A stretch of 63,959 bases of DNA, filler included, from Lenisia limosa (taxonomy: Eukaryota > Protista > Breviatea), in the NCBI GenBank assembly GCA_001655205.1. It is 10 parts of 10 records of this genome, joined end to end, with 100 filler letters (N's around TTAATTAATTAA, not from the genome) between each part and the next. Parts side by side here need not be neighbours in the genome. Positions count along the whole stretch, not along the records: positions 47,972 to 60,320 come from LPNZ01002193.1; positions 60,421 to 62,727 come from LPNZ01010111.1; 8 more parts are not named here. One strand, written 5' to 3'. Below, piece after piece: positions 52,201 through 62,827 of this stretch. The stretch's first letter is position 1. Each line of letters opens with the position of its first letter. The notes under the pieces were generated by a model that had not been told where the DNA came from, searched no databases, and saw only the letters and a list, made by a program, of their open reading frames with translations. The translations under genes and the position numbers were made by a program.

Positions 52201-55200
52201 CATCAATCCTCGTCTAACCCCTGCAGGTCGCCATTGTGCACGGTATCAAGAACGTCCGTCCCGTCTGTGAGCGCATCAAGAAGGGTGACGCTCCCTGGCA
52301 CGTGGTCGAGGTTATGGCCTGCGAGGGTGGCTGCATTGGTGGCGGTGGAATGCCCAAGTCTCTTGACCCCAACATCCTCTACAAGCGTATGAGCTCGTAA
52401 GCTGGGGGGGCTTTCTATGTTCTTCTAATCAATATTTTACCAGTATTTAATTTATATAGCAACCTTTCATGCTCTTTCTTCCTCTGACACCCGCAGTATC
52501 TACAGCTTCGATGAGCGTCAGGTTATCCGCAAGTCCCACGAGTCCCCCGTTGTCACCACTCTCTATAAGGACTTCCTTAGTGAGCCCAACAGCCACGAAG
52601 CCCACGAGCTTCTTCACACCACCTACGGTATGCGACAGGTTTTTGATTTCCTTCAGTCTTTTCAGCGTCTATCATCATCTACATTTACATTTTTTTCAAC
52701 TGGAATAATTTGTGTTATAGTTTTTTCTAACTCTGTAGTCAACCGCAAGGAATCCCGCCTTGCCCGCATCAAGATCGCCACCGAGTCCGACGTTTCCGAC
52801 GCCGAGTCCGACACTGACGAAGCCGAAGGCACTCCCCTCACTGTCCTCTACGGTTCTCAGACCGGTACCGCCGAGACTGTCGCGCGCCGCGTCGCCAATC
52901 TTGCGTCCCAGCTCAACTTCGCCGTCAAGTGTATCAACATTGCCGACTACGACTTCCAGGCCGAGCTCGAGAACGAGAGCCTCGTCATTTTCGTCGTCTC
53001 CACCTTCGGAATGGGTGAAATGCCAACCTCCACCGAGGAGTTCTGGGAGTGGCTTGCTGCCGACCAGCCTGACGGCAAACTCAAGTCCGTCAAGTTCTCC
53101 GTCTTCGGTCTCGGCTCTGCTGACTATGAGGACAACTTCAATCTCGCGGCCCGCAACATCGATCGCCGCTTTGAGGAACTTGGCGCTCAGCGTTTCGCTT
53201 CCCGTGCCGAGGGTGACGACAAGAACATTGAGAAGTGGGAGGCTGCCTTCGACCCCTGGATTGAGAACGTCTGGAACGCTCTCGGTGCTGACATTTCCCT
53301 TCTCGAGTCCGGCATCCCCGAGTCCCGCTACCACATTGTCCTCTCCATGGGCACAGCCGGTCGCAACCCCCCTCCCAACTGCCACTTCGCCAAGGTCGGC
53401 TCCAGGGAGAAGAGGCGTATTTTTATATATGGAAGTCTACTTGTTTCATAATATTTTAATCTCCCACAGTTGATGATTTTTTTTTTGATTTTTTTCAGGT
53501 TTCCAACTTCGGTATGCTCACCCCTGCCGGTCACGACTCTGAGGTCTACGAAATCGAATTCGAGATGCCCAAAAAGATTACGTAGGCGACTTATAAGGAA
53601 GCTATCTTGTTGCTCAATGGAAAAACTTGTGATTCTGACCCTCCAGCTACGGTACCGGTTACCATCTCGGTATTCAACCTCGTAACCCCATCTCCCACGT
53701 CGAGCCCTTCATCAAGAACTACGGCCTCAACGGTGACGTGTCAGTCTGCATTCTTCCCACCGAGGACGCACCTCTCATCCCCGGTCTTGAGCGTAGGCGG
53801 CTATCACTTTTCTTTTTTATATTCTGTTATTTGTGTTTTGTTTTTTTGTTATGAGTCTCTCGTTTGTTTATATATTCAAAACCAATATTTTACATCCCCA
53901 GGTGCCGTGACCATCCGCGAGATCTTCGAGCTTTACCTCGACATTCTCGGCCCCACCACCAGGTAAGCTCAATTCTCTCCTACTTTACAAAAAAAACTGT
54001 GTTCTCGGTCTTTGGTCACCATTTCCTCCATGAACTAACAGGCACGTGTCTTTACCGCATTCCTTTTCATAGTTTATAAAAAGTGGTGTTCTCGGTCTTT
54101 GATCACTATAAATCCTGCGACTAACCGCCCAGGTCCTTCATGCGCGCCTTGAGCCCCTTCGCCACCGACGACGCCGAGAAGAACCGCCTCTTCACCCTCG
54201 GCTCTATGGCCGGCAAAGACGAGTTCGTCAAGGAATTCCTCGAGGAAGGCGTGACCTACGCTGACGTCTTCTCCATGTTCCCGTCCGCTCGCCCCACTCT
54301 CGATCATCTCGTCGTCATGATTCCCCTCATCAAGCCCCGTCTCTACTCCATCTCTTCCGGATCCAACGCACACCCCCGCAACATCCAGCTTACTGTCGGC
54401 TCCATCACCTGGAAGACCCCCAAGGGCCAAACTCGCTACGGTCTCTGCTCCAACTACCTCAAGGGTATTGCCCAACAGAGCCAGCCCGGCTACAAGTCCG
54501 ATGACGCCAACGAGCCCAAGTGGGACATCAAGGACAACCGCATCGCATGCTTCGTCAAGAGCTCTCCCCTCTGCCCTCCCAAGGTGAGCTTATCAGAATG
54601 CTTCTTTTGCTGTTAATCCGATTGTCTCAATAATACTGTTCCGACTCACAACCAATGCTAATCTCCCAGGATCTCACCCGTCCCTCTATCATGGTTGGAC
54701 TCGGAACCGGTGTCGCCCCCTTCAACGGCTTCTGCCAGCACCTCGACCACCTCGTCAAGGTTCGCCCCTTGTTTTTCTTTTTGATATTCAGCTTTTGAGG
54801 ATTTATCGATAACTTTCATACCTTCACTTTCGGTTCAAAAAGACTGACAAAGTATCGAGGATTCGGTCTTTATTGGAACCTAAAGTGAAGCTCAAACCAT
54901 GACCATATTCATGACACCTTATCTTGTTTTTTCTCCCACTGACGCCGTGTAGAAGGGTGAGAAGCTCGGCCACTACATGCTCTTCTTCGGATGCCGTCGT
55001 CGTGCCGACCTTGTCCACAGCGAGGTTTGGGGGTATTGAGAGATTGGATCATTTTCAGCAAAGTACTCATCCTTGATTTCCTTCTGCCTTATGTTATTTC
55101 CTGTATTCTTCGTCTCAAAGTTACCAAAGAGTTGATTTGGGCTTTTTCTTTCATATATTCTCTATTTTCACCCTCCCAGTTCTTCGAGCGTCTCGAGAGC

Positions 55201-55588
55201 GAAGGCCACCTCACCTTCATGCCCGCCCTATCTCGTGAAGTTCCCGGCAAGAAGATCTACGTCACCGACCGCATTGGCGATGAGCCTAAGCAGATCTATG
55301 ATCTCATGCAGCACGGTAACGTCTACTACTGCGGTCCTGCCGGATCCGTGCCCAAGAACGTTCGCGACGCTCTCCTCAGGTTTGCAGCGTTTTATCTTTT
55401 CTTCTTTCTTCTCTTATCGATTCGACTGCTTGATAACAATTGGCAATTCTCAGTCACATCACATTCCATTCTACACACTTTGATCCTCCAGATCCTACTG
55501 CATCGGTGGCAACGTGGATCGTGACGTGGCTGAGAAGTACTTCCAGCTCCTTGAGAAGCAGAACCGCCTTGTCATGGAGGCTTGGTAG
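49240..55588 (+). CDS. hydA: [FeFe]-hydrogenase fused to flavodoxin + FAD + NADPH-binding (P450-reductase/CysJ-like) module; 24 exons
   Basis: 2Fe-2S PTLCHHPRLKPSGKCGMC..TSC; two 4Fe-4S CIGCDRCVRAC and CISCGQCAAFCPTGA; H-cluster TSCCPGW, MPCTAKKGE, EVMACEGGCIGGGG; flavodoxin LYGSQTGTAE, STFGMGEMP, FGLGSADY; RLYSISS; GLGTGVAPF; FFGCRR; LSRE..KIYV; YCGP; ends MEAW*. All exons are phase-compatible. Confidence 0.97.
54787..54895. mobile_element. MITE family 1 copy or copies within hydrogenase intron 21
   Basis: CTTCACTTTCGGTTCAAAAAGACTG...GGAACCTAAAGTGAAGCTC. Confidence 0.65.
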
Positions 55589-55995
55589 ATCGCTGATCGT
55601 TTTGGGGACCCAAATGGGTCGTTTATAGGGTTATTGTATTATTATGGTTCTGATGTATGCTATTTATTATTCTTTGCGCTCGGATTTCCATGGGCTTTGT
55701 TTATCATAATTACTTTGTACAGATTTCATGTATCTATGTATCCCGTGTAAGCATACATGAAGCAAAGAGAAGGATGGACAGCTGAGTTGAAAGACGGTGA
55801 GTGTAATAAACGAGACGACCAAGATCAACCCATTCAAAGCCCACACGGCGACCTCCCGCCTCTTAAAAAAAGCAAAAACCCTCCAAGCCCCTCTTCACTC
55901 CACATTAACCTTGTACTCTTGTACTTGCACAAACTTAAAGAAAACAGCGGAAGCAGACGAAGAACACGACCACCGCCTTCACCACGTCACTCACC

Positions 55996-58452
55996 ATGCG
56001 TGCAGTCCTCACCATCCTCGTCGCTATTCTTGCCATTACTCAAGCCACGATATACCAATGTGGAAATGCAGCATCGGTATGCGTGGAACAAGGAATAGAT
56101 CTTCACATTCACGGGCACTCGGTACTCAGTCCTTCTCCTATCTCTTTCGATCACGTTTCGTCTTTCTGGTGGAACGTGTTTTGAATATTTGCTCTATTTC
56201 TTCCACGTGTTATCTTTCGGAAAAGATGACATGATAATAATATAAGCAATAATCATTTGAGACAAAGAAATCATTGATATTGCGTTTTTTTGTTGCGAGT
56301 GGAAACCGAGGGTTGAAACTAATCACTCGGCCGCTTTTGACTTTTACAATTTTCAATAATAAGCTCTTTCAACTCAGACAGATATTTCCTTGTTTTTTTT
56401 TCTGCATGTCTACATATTTTAAGGACGGCTTCAGCCAGAAATTTAATAATTTGTTTATTTCTCATTTCAAAAACGAGGATTTAGCCCTATGCTAGGACTT
56501 GTCCTTTCAGCTGAAGCGGCTCAATAATATATATATTCCCCCTACATCATATTCCCCTTCTACCACTTATAAATAGATCAGATAAACGTAATACTGGAAA
56601 TATATAGAAATAATGTCTTGTAATACAAGAGGTTTTGAAGATACACATCTATTGTGAATTACAAGATATTAGGCTCGTTTTTTTGATAATCATGTTATAA
56701 ATGGAGAAATAAAAATAAAATAATTAGGGATTACCTTCGGTCCCAAAAAAGACTGAACGTGATAGATCCTCGATAAATATCGATATTTCTGACGTCTTTT
56801 TGTACAATTCCCAAGCTATGCCCTTCTCAATCTGTGTACCCTGACTTTTCAGAATTCAAACTACTGTGCGTCTGATGCGAAAGCAACGTATTGTTACGTA
56901 AATGTGGCGCCAAGCTACGGAGGGTTGACAGCTGATAACTACGAGGGGCTCAAGATCAGACAAACTATCAAGTTGGGGGGAGGGGGGGTACAGAATAATG
57001 CAAAGCAGGGTGGTAATTCAGAAAATTGCCAATGCTGTTAGAAAATTGTTCTAAGACGCCTTCTTTGAAACGAATTCCTTTTTGTTAACATCCACCCGTT
57101 AATTCAGTTTGAAGACTCCAAGCTTTGGCGTAAATCACGTTCGATATGCGCCAATCTTAGAGAAAATTGAACGAAAATCAGAGCCAATTTTCTGAATTAC
57201 CACCCTGCTTTAAAATATACATCTGACGTATTGCAGGTGTGAGAATTGGGATGAGCCCTCTGAAAAGGCCCTCTGTGAATCCAATTGTCCAGAAGATGTT
57301 GAGGTGAGAGTTGTTGTTTTTCATCATATGTATGATATGATATAGGATATGTAGACATATGTATGCACGTGACTTACATCTCAATATTTACCAATTCTGT
57401 CACGAGTCCCTTTTTTATTTCTTTAGATGTGCATGAAGCAGAACAAGGCAGCTCTCTGCGATGTGGGGGGGGCGGTAATTAAACTCGTTCAACTTACAAA
57501 ACATGGCCAATTTTCAGTATTAACTGAAAATGACAAATCCTTTCTACTCACACTAGCCTACGCTGTTGTGCTCAAAAGAAGACTAACAGATAATGATAAA
57601 TAATCTCTGTCTCATTAGTATTGATCGAGGATTTATCGGGAAATTCGGTCATTTGGGACCGTGAGGGAAGCCCTGCACATTAGTCTCATTCCACTAACAT
57701 TGTAGTATTCCAAGGAAGACTACTGTCAAGACGCTCTCTTGACCGTCAAAGAGGGCGGCAATGTCTGTGATACTAAAGAGGAGTGTAGCTATATGGTTGG
57801 GGGGTGGGGGGTNNNNNNNNNNNNNNNNNNNNNNNNNNNNNNNNNNNNNNNNNNNNNNNNNNNNNNNNNNNNNNNNNNNNNNNNNNNNNNNNNNNNNNNN
57901 NNNNNNNNNNNNNNNNNNNNNNNNNNNNNNNNNNNNNNNNNNNNNNNNNNNNNNNNNNNNNNNNNNNNNNNNNNNNNNNNNNNNNNNNNNNNNNNNNNNN
58001 NNNTTCGTTTTACCCCCAGCCCTGTTTTGACACCTGCCTGAAGTGCAACACAATGGCGTATTGCCTCACCCAGGTGGAAAACGCGGTCCTTGCGGAAGAG
58101 GTCGGCGTTTTGGATTGCGAAGCCTTTTGTTTCTCATTTGTGGACTGTTTTATCACTCGTTATATCTCTTTCTAATGATATTCGACGAAAGAAGTGTGCC
58201 TTTAGATTGTTCCCCCCTCTTTATCCCATGTGGCTTTCTTTGTTTTGGTGTTCTCAACCAACAGAGTTCGACTGGCCTGAGCTTTCTTTGTTCTGTTGTT
58301 CTCAACCAACAATATTGTTTCATAAATGTTCTAATCATCTTCCCTCCGTGATTGAAAAGATGACCTTTTAGGGTTCGGATGAGTGTATTGGCAGCCCCTC
58401 TGACTTGTTATTCGTTTCTGCTGTTGTGGGGGTATTGGGTCTTCTGTTCTGA
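55996..58452 (+). CDS. secreted Cys-rich protein with GPI-signal-like C-terminus
   Basis: MRAVLTILVAILAITQA signal; exons NSNYCASDAKATYCYVNV, CENWDEPSEKALCESNCPED, YCQDALL..CDTKEECSY, CFDTCLKCNTMAYC; ends LLFVSAVVGVLGLLF*. Confidence 0.75.
57002..57211. mobile_element. MITE family 5, 210 bp with 27-bp perfect inverted ends
   Basis: AAAGCAGGGTGGTAATTCAGAAAATTG ... CAATTTTCTGAATTACCACCCTGCTTT. Confidence 0.7.
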
Positions 58453-58519
58453 GTGATGAAACTATTTATTGGGTTACTTGAGAGAATGTTTTGTGGGTGT
58501 ATGAATTTTTCGAAAAGGA

Positions 58520-58582
58520 TTAAAGTGGCATGTTGAGAGGGTTAAAGTGGCATCTTGAGAGGGTTAAAGTGGCATGTTGAGA
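58520..58582. repeat. 22-bp tandem repeat x3
   Basis: TTAAAGTGGCATGTTGAGAGGG units. Confidence 0.85.
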
Positions 58583-58740
58583 AAGAATGGTGTGTCCGAA
58601 AAAAGACTTCGAAAAAGACTTCCTATTGAACTAATAACATTGCTGTGAAAGACGTCCACTTGAGTCTACTATACACAATACATTCAACTATTAGTCATAA
58701 AACAATAATAAACAATAAACAATCTGCTACCACCTTTGGA

Positions 58741-60303
58741 TTAGAACTTATTTTCAAGTTCATTGTACCTGAAAAGTCAAAAATAAGGAGTGTGGAGGGG
58801 GGGGGTAGGCAATGACAGATATGGTTATAACCTTAGCAGTCATGGATAGTAAACGATCAGAAGCACTGTATAAGTGAAATATTATACATATAACCCCCCC
58901 AAATCAGATATAATATGAATCTATACCCCCCCCCACTCCGGGAGGTCTTCTTCGATACTCGGAGCTGACGGTGCGGGTTGAGAGAAGCCCGGGCTGGCCA
59001 TGGAACCGCCGAAGCTCTCGCCCATGCCGAAGTTTCCGTCATCCTGGGGGGGTTATATCGTATTAAATCTGTAATAATGGGGTGGGGGAGTAAAATTGGA
59101 TAATCTATGCAACAATAAAAAGCCCAAAATCTACACTGTTGGATGACAACACACGAGGGTTGAGAACAACAAAACACACAGGCCAGGCCAGTCGCTGTGG
59201 AGGGTATTATATCTTATAATATCTGACATGTAAGAGGGGGGGGGGTTAAAAGAAGCCATATGTGTGAATGGTTTATGTTTAGAGTAGAAAGAGGGNNNNN
59301 NNNNNNNNNNNNNNNNNNNNNNNNNNNNNNNNNNNNNNNNNNGATATCGATGAATCCAATTGCGTTAGGGGTACAACAATAATCTGGAACTACAGGGGAA
59401 AGGAGATAACAAGATAATAGATCCTACTTTCCTACTCCCTGCCCCCCGCCGCCGCCTACGCCCTTCGCTGGCTTTTGCTCTATTTGGCTCTCCATTAATC
59501 GGAGGGTCTCGTTTTGCTTGTTTACGAAGGCCACAACCTGGAGGTGTCAAGGATCGCCAGGGATCCCACTAATATGAGCAAGTCCGCTCGCACGTTGACA
59601 GCGCTGTAGTTTTATGAGATACGGATTTGAAAGTGGAAAAAAAGAGAAACACTGGGGGTGAGCAACGGGGATGAAATCACAATGTTGAAAGAGATGATGC
59701 TGAAAAGGATTGATTGGTTCAGTTGAGCCCCATGGCGCATCGACTTCGGATTCCCTTAATGGGAATCCCATAAATTTCCATAAAATACCATGGAATTCCC
59801 ATGTAAAATATGAAAATTCCAACGTTTTCACAAGAATTCTAAGTCGATGCGCCGTAGTGTATTAAATCCTTACACGAATATTAGCTTTATCATGTTAATC
59901 GTGTCAGAACTTACTGTGGTCACTGTTCATAGAGTGACTAACCTGGTTAGGTTGAACTCCGTCCCTCTGCATAAACATAGCTAGGGCCTAAAAGATGACA
60001 ACTAGAACAACATTCTCTCTTGCTGTGGGAAGGTAAAATCGATCCTAGTGGGGGGAAAATAAGTTTTTGTTAAAGAAAATCAATAACATTCATTTTGTTG
60101 ATGATCATAAAAATAAAAAATTTCTATTCTGTAACTTGAAATAGTAAACATTCCTCTGTTTTGGTTCCATTGTTTTTTTAAGTTAAGTGTACGAAATGTA
60201 CTCGAAAAATGCCCACAAAAAACAAGGGAAAATGCCCGCCGCTTACCGAGGGCATGGCTTGACGGTACAACTCAACAGACTCTGGGGTGACTGATTGTTT
60301 GCC
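58741..60303 (-). CDS. 3' part of a hypothetical protein
   Basis: Exons GKQSVTPESVELYRQAMPS, ALAMFMQRDGVQPNQ, VVAFVNKQNETLRLMESQ, DDGNFGMGESFGGSMASP and YNELENKF*, with GT-AG boundaries. Confidence 0.5.
59728..59859. mobile_element. MITE family 4 (CACTA-start TIR)
   Basis: GGCGCATCGACTT...AAGTCGATGCGCCGTAGTG. Confidence 0.55.
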
Positions 60304-62071
60304 CTGGTGGGGGGGGGGGGNNNNNNNNNNNNNNNNNNNNNNNNNNNNNNNNNNNNNNNNNNNNTTAATTAATTAANNNNNNNNNNNNNNNNNNNNNNNN
60401 NNNNNNNNNNNNNNNNNNNNGCTCCGACATAGACGATCAAAGCGACGCCCTGGGCCGCTTATTAAGGTTCCTTGCCATAGTTTTGAAGGCATGCAGAGAA
60501 GCCTAGGAGAGCTCCTCTTCGGTACCCTTTTATGCTTCGGATCTCAACCGTTCCTTAAGTGAGAGGTTTTTCTTGGAAAGACTAAGTGTTTAAAAAGGCA
60601 AGTTGACGTTTGTTTGTTTGACGTTTTATGTAACTCATGGTAACACATTAATTCTCCCACAAACCATGTGAGCTGTATCTTGAGGTTGGAATTTTCTCTT
60701 CGTAGCGTGTCAATGAAAGCTAAGACTACGTAGTCAGACATTAATATAAAAAGCCGTAAGTCCATCCGCTAATAGTGAGATCGTCTTTCGTTGAAAAAGA
60801 AATAATTGCTTACGTTCGGAGTAAGAGGAGGAAGAGGTAGGGATGGGGGACTGGGAATGCGGTTGTAGTGGGGGTTCAAGTTCAGGTTCATCTCAAAATG
60901 GTAACAATACTCTTCTGTGGTAGGCGTTGACCACGGTCACTTCAGATAGATGCAAACGATACCTTATCAGAAATAAAAAAGATAGTGCCTGGCCAAAGGC
61001 GTCCACACCATCACAATATTAAGAGATATTGGATTATAGTATTTCCTTTTTTCATGTATTCATATATTTATTAAATAGCTAGTACATTATATCTTACAAA
61101 CCTTCATCAAGTGCGGCGGCTGAGTTGGCCCCTCTGACTATGGGCCTTCAAAAGCTCAACAATGTCACGATAAATAGAAGCCCTAAAGTATAAATTGTCA
61201 TGAAACAATCATATTCTAAATCTCCGCTTCTGGTTCCTTACTTTCCAACATCATTCTGAAAGAAGGTCAACAGAGGCTTTCGAATAAAAATTGACAACAT
61301 AGTTGTGTGGCTTCATGTCTCATGGTACTTAGGAGATAGGCTGGAGTGTGGGATTCGATAAAATGAGGAATGATATCCTTTGATACAGCAGAATACAACC
61401 TCCGTCTTACCATACCAAATGACCCCCAATGATTTGAACAATTGTTTCTTTCTCATAAAAGGAAGAAGAATGATGGCAAGCACACATTACAATATCCTTT
61501 TTACATCTCTATTACCACTCAAGCGTTGACGCATGGCCGAATGGAACACACAGCCAGCAAGATGCAAGAGGAAGGGGGGGGGATTACAAGATTACAACCG
61601 CGTTCCTCCTCACTTCTTCATATAGGTGAAGGTACAAAATTGTGTCCAGTCACATTATTGTGTCCACTTTTAAAATTTTCCGTATTTTTGACTGGGCGCA
61701 AGTATTTGGTTTCTTTTTGACCAAAATCTACCCCTTAACACACCCTTTTTAAAAAAGATTTCGAGTATTTTAACTGTAAACTGTCCTTTTCAAAATTAGT
61801 TTATTTATGTGCAAGTTTGACGACTGCTTTCACAAGCTTCCTGAAAAAGTATGCTGGTTAAATTAAAAAATTAATATCTTTATTCCTTGAATGATATAAC
61901 ATTTACGCTGTATCACGGTATGGAGCGAAATCATGATCTACTCTTCAGTTCTTTTCACAATTGAACCAGTATTCAAAAAAATCACTTTTTTTAGAAGCAA
62001 CACAAGTATGAGTGAAAACAGAGGACAAGGTTTGATAACCTTGCAAATCATAAAAAAATTGCATCTTTGAA

Positions 62072-62727
62072 GATTATTTGTGATGACGTGGGAAGAGAAG
62101 TACCTTCATTGAGAGACATTCAGACAATGTTGAATGTTGGAGGGGTGTGTAGTATCTTGAATCACCGCCTGTGCTTCTTTTTTCATCACCTGCCTAGCTA
62201 TCTTCAAAAACTCTTGTTGGGAAGTACTTAAATGGAGCAGTCCCGAAGGCAGTTGGTGCACCCCATAAGCTTCACACCAAACTTGAACCTGCATTTTGTG
62301 TCTTCACTTCTTGAGTTGATTTTGACAGGCAACCCACCTTCAACTGCTGAATCTTTGGAAATTGTTGGTGGGGTTGGGGGTGAAGGGGTGCACTAAATTG
62401 CATATTCTTTTTCCCTATTCAGGCGTCAGACATCATCACTAAACACACTGGGGAAAAGCCAACTTTCACTAAAAACTGGTTTCCAAGATTTCTGAAACAG
62501 TTTCCACTTTTAAAATTGACTGTAGGAGGGCTGTATTGGTAAAAAGAATGGTACGTACTGCCCTCCCCATTAATTAATTTAGAGGCCCAATTCCCTTGAT
62601 AAGGCCAGGTCAACTGCTATGGATGCTGCAAGATATATTCAGCATATCGCTGCTCTCTCCAAGTTTTTTGTCGACCATGAAGTGCATCCAAAATTGATTT
62701 ACAATTGTGACGAGACAATGATTGACA
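62072..62727 (+). mobile_element. pogo/Fot1-like (CENP-B/DDE_1) transposase, N-terminal part, with three introns and an apparent frameshift; cut by scaffold end
   Basis: Spliced SLRDIQTMLN-LSSKTLVGKYLNG (psq-type HTH), LTGNPPSTAESLEI-ASDII..KNWFPRFLKQFPLLKLT-RPNSLDKAR (CENP-B HTH), IYNCDET (first catalytic Asp). Confidence 0.75.
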
Positions 62728-62827
62728 NNNNNNNNNNNNNNNNNNNNNNNNNNNNNNNNNNNNNNNNNNNNTTAATTAATTAANNNNNNNNNNNNNNNNN
62801 NNNNNNNNNNNNNNNNNNNNNNNNNNN

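Noticed and set aside
53983-54110. Internal ~30-bp duplication in hydrogenase intron 19
   Set aside because: Local duplication with no evident function.
52696-54475. Long minus-strand and alternative-frame ORFs (229, 237 and 133 aa) over the hydrogenase
   Set aside because: Shadow ORFs produced by the strong codon bias of the real + strand frame.
60421-61570. Scattered exon-like segments on the minus strand
   Set aside because: Could not be joined in consistent phase or matched to a family.
3531-62827. Regularly recurring TTAATTAATTAA palindrome in N runs, and any cluster spanning these sites (e.g. malate synthase + hydrogenase + transposase)
   Set aside because: Identical 44N-12mer-44N layout nine times is a concatenation linker. 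Sequences on either side are not physically linked.
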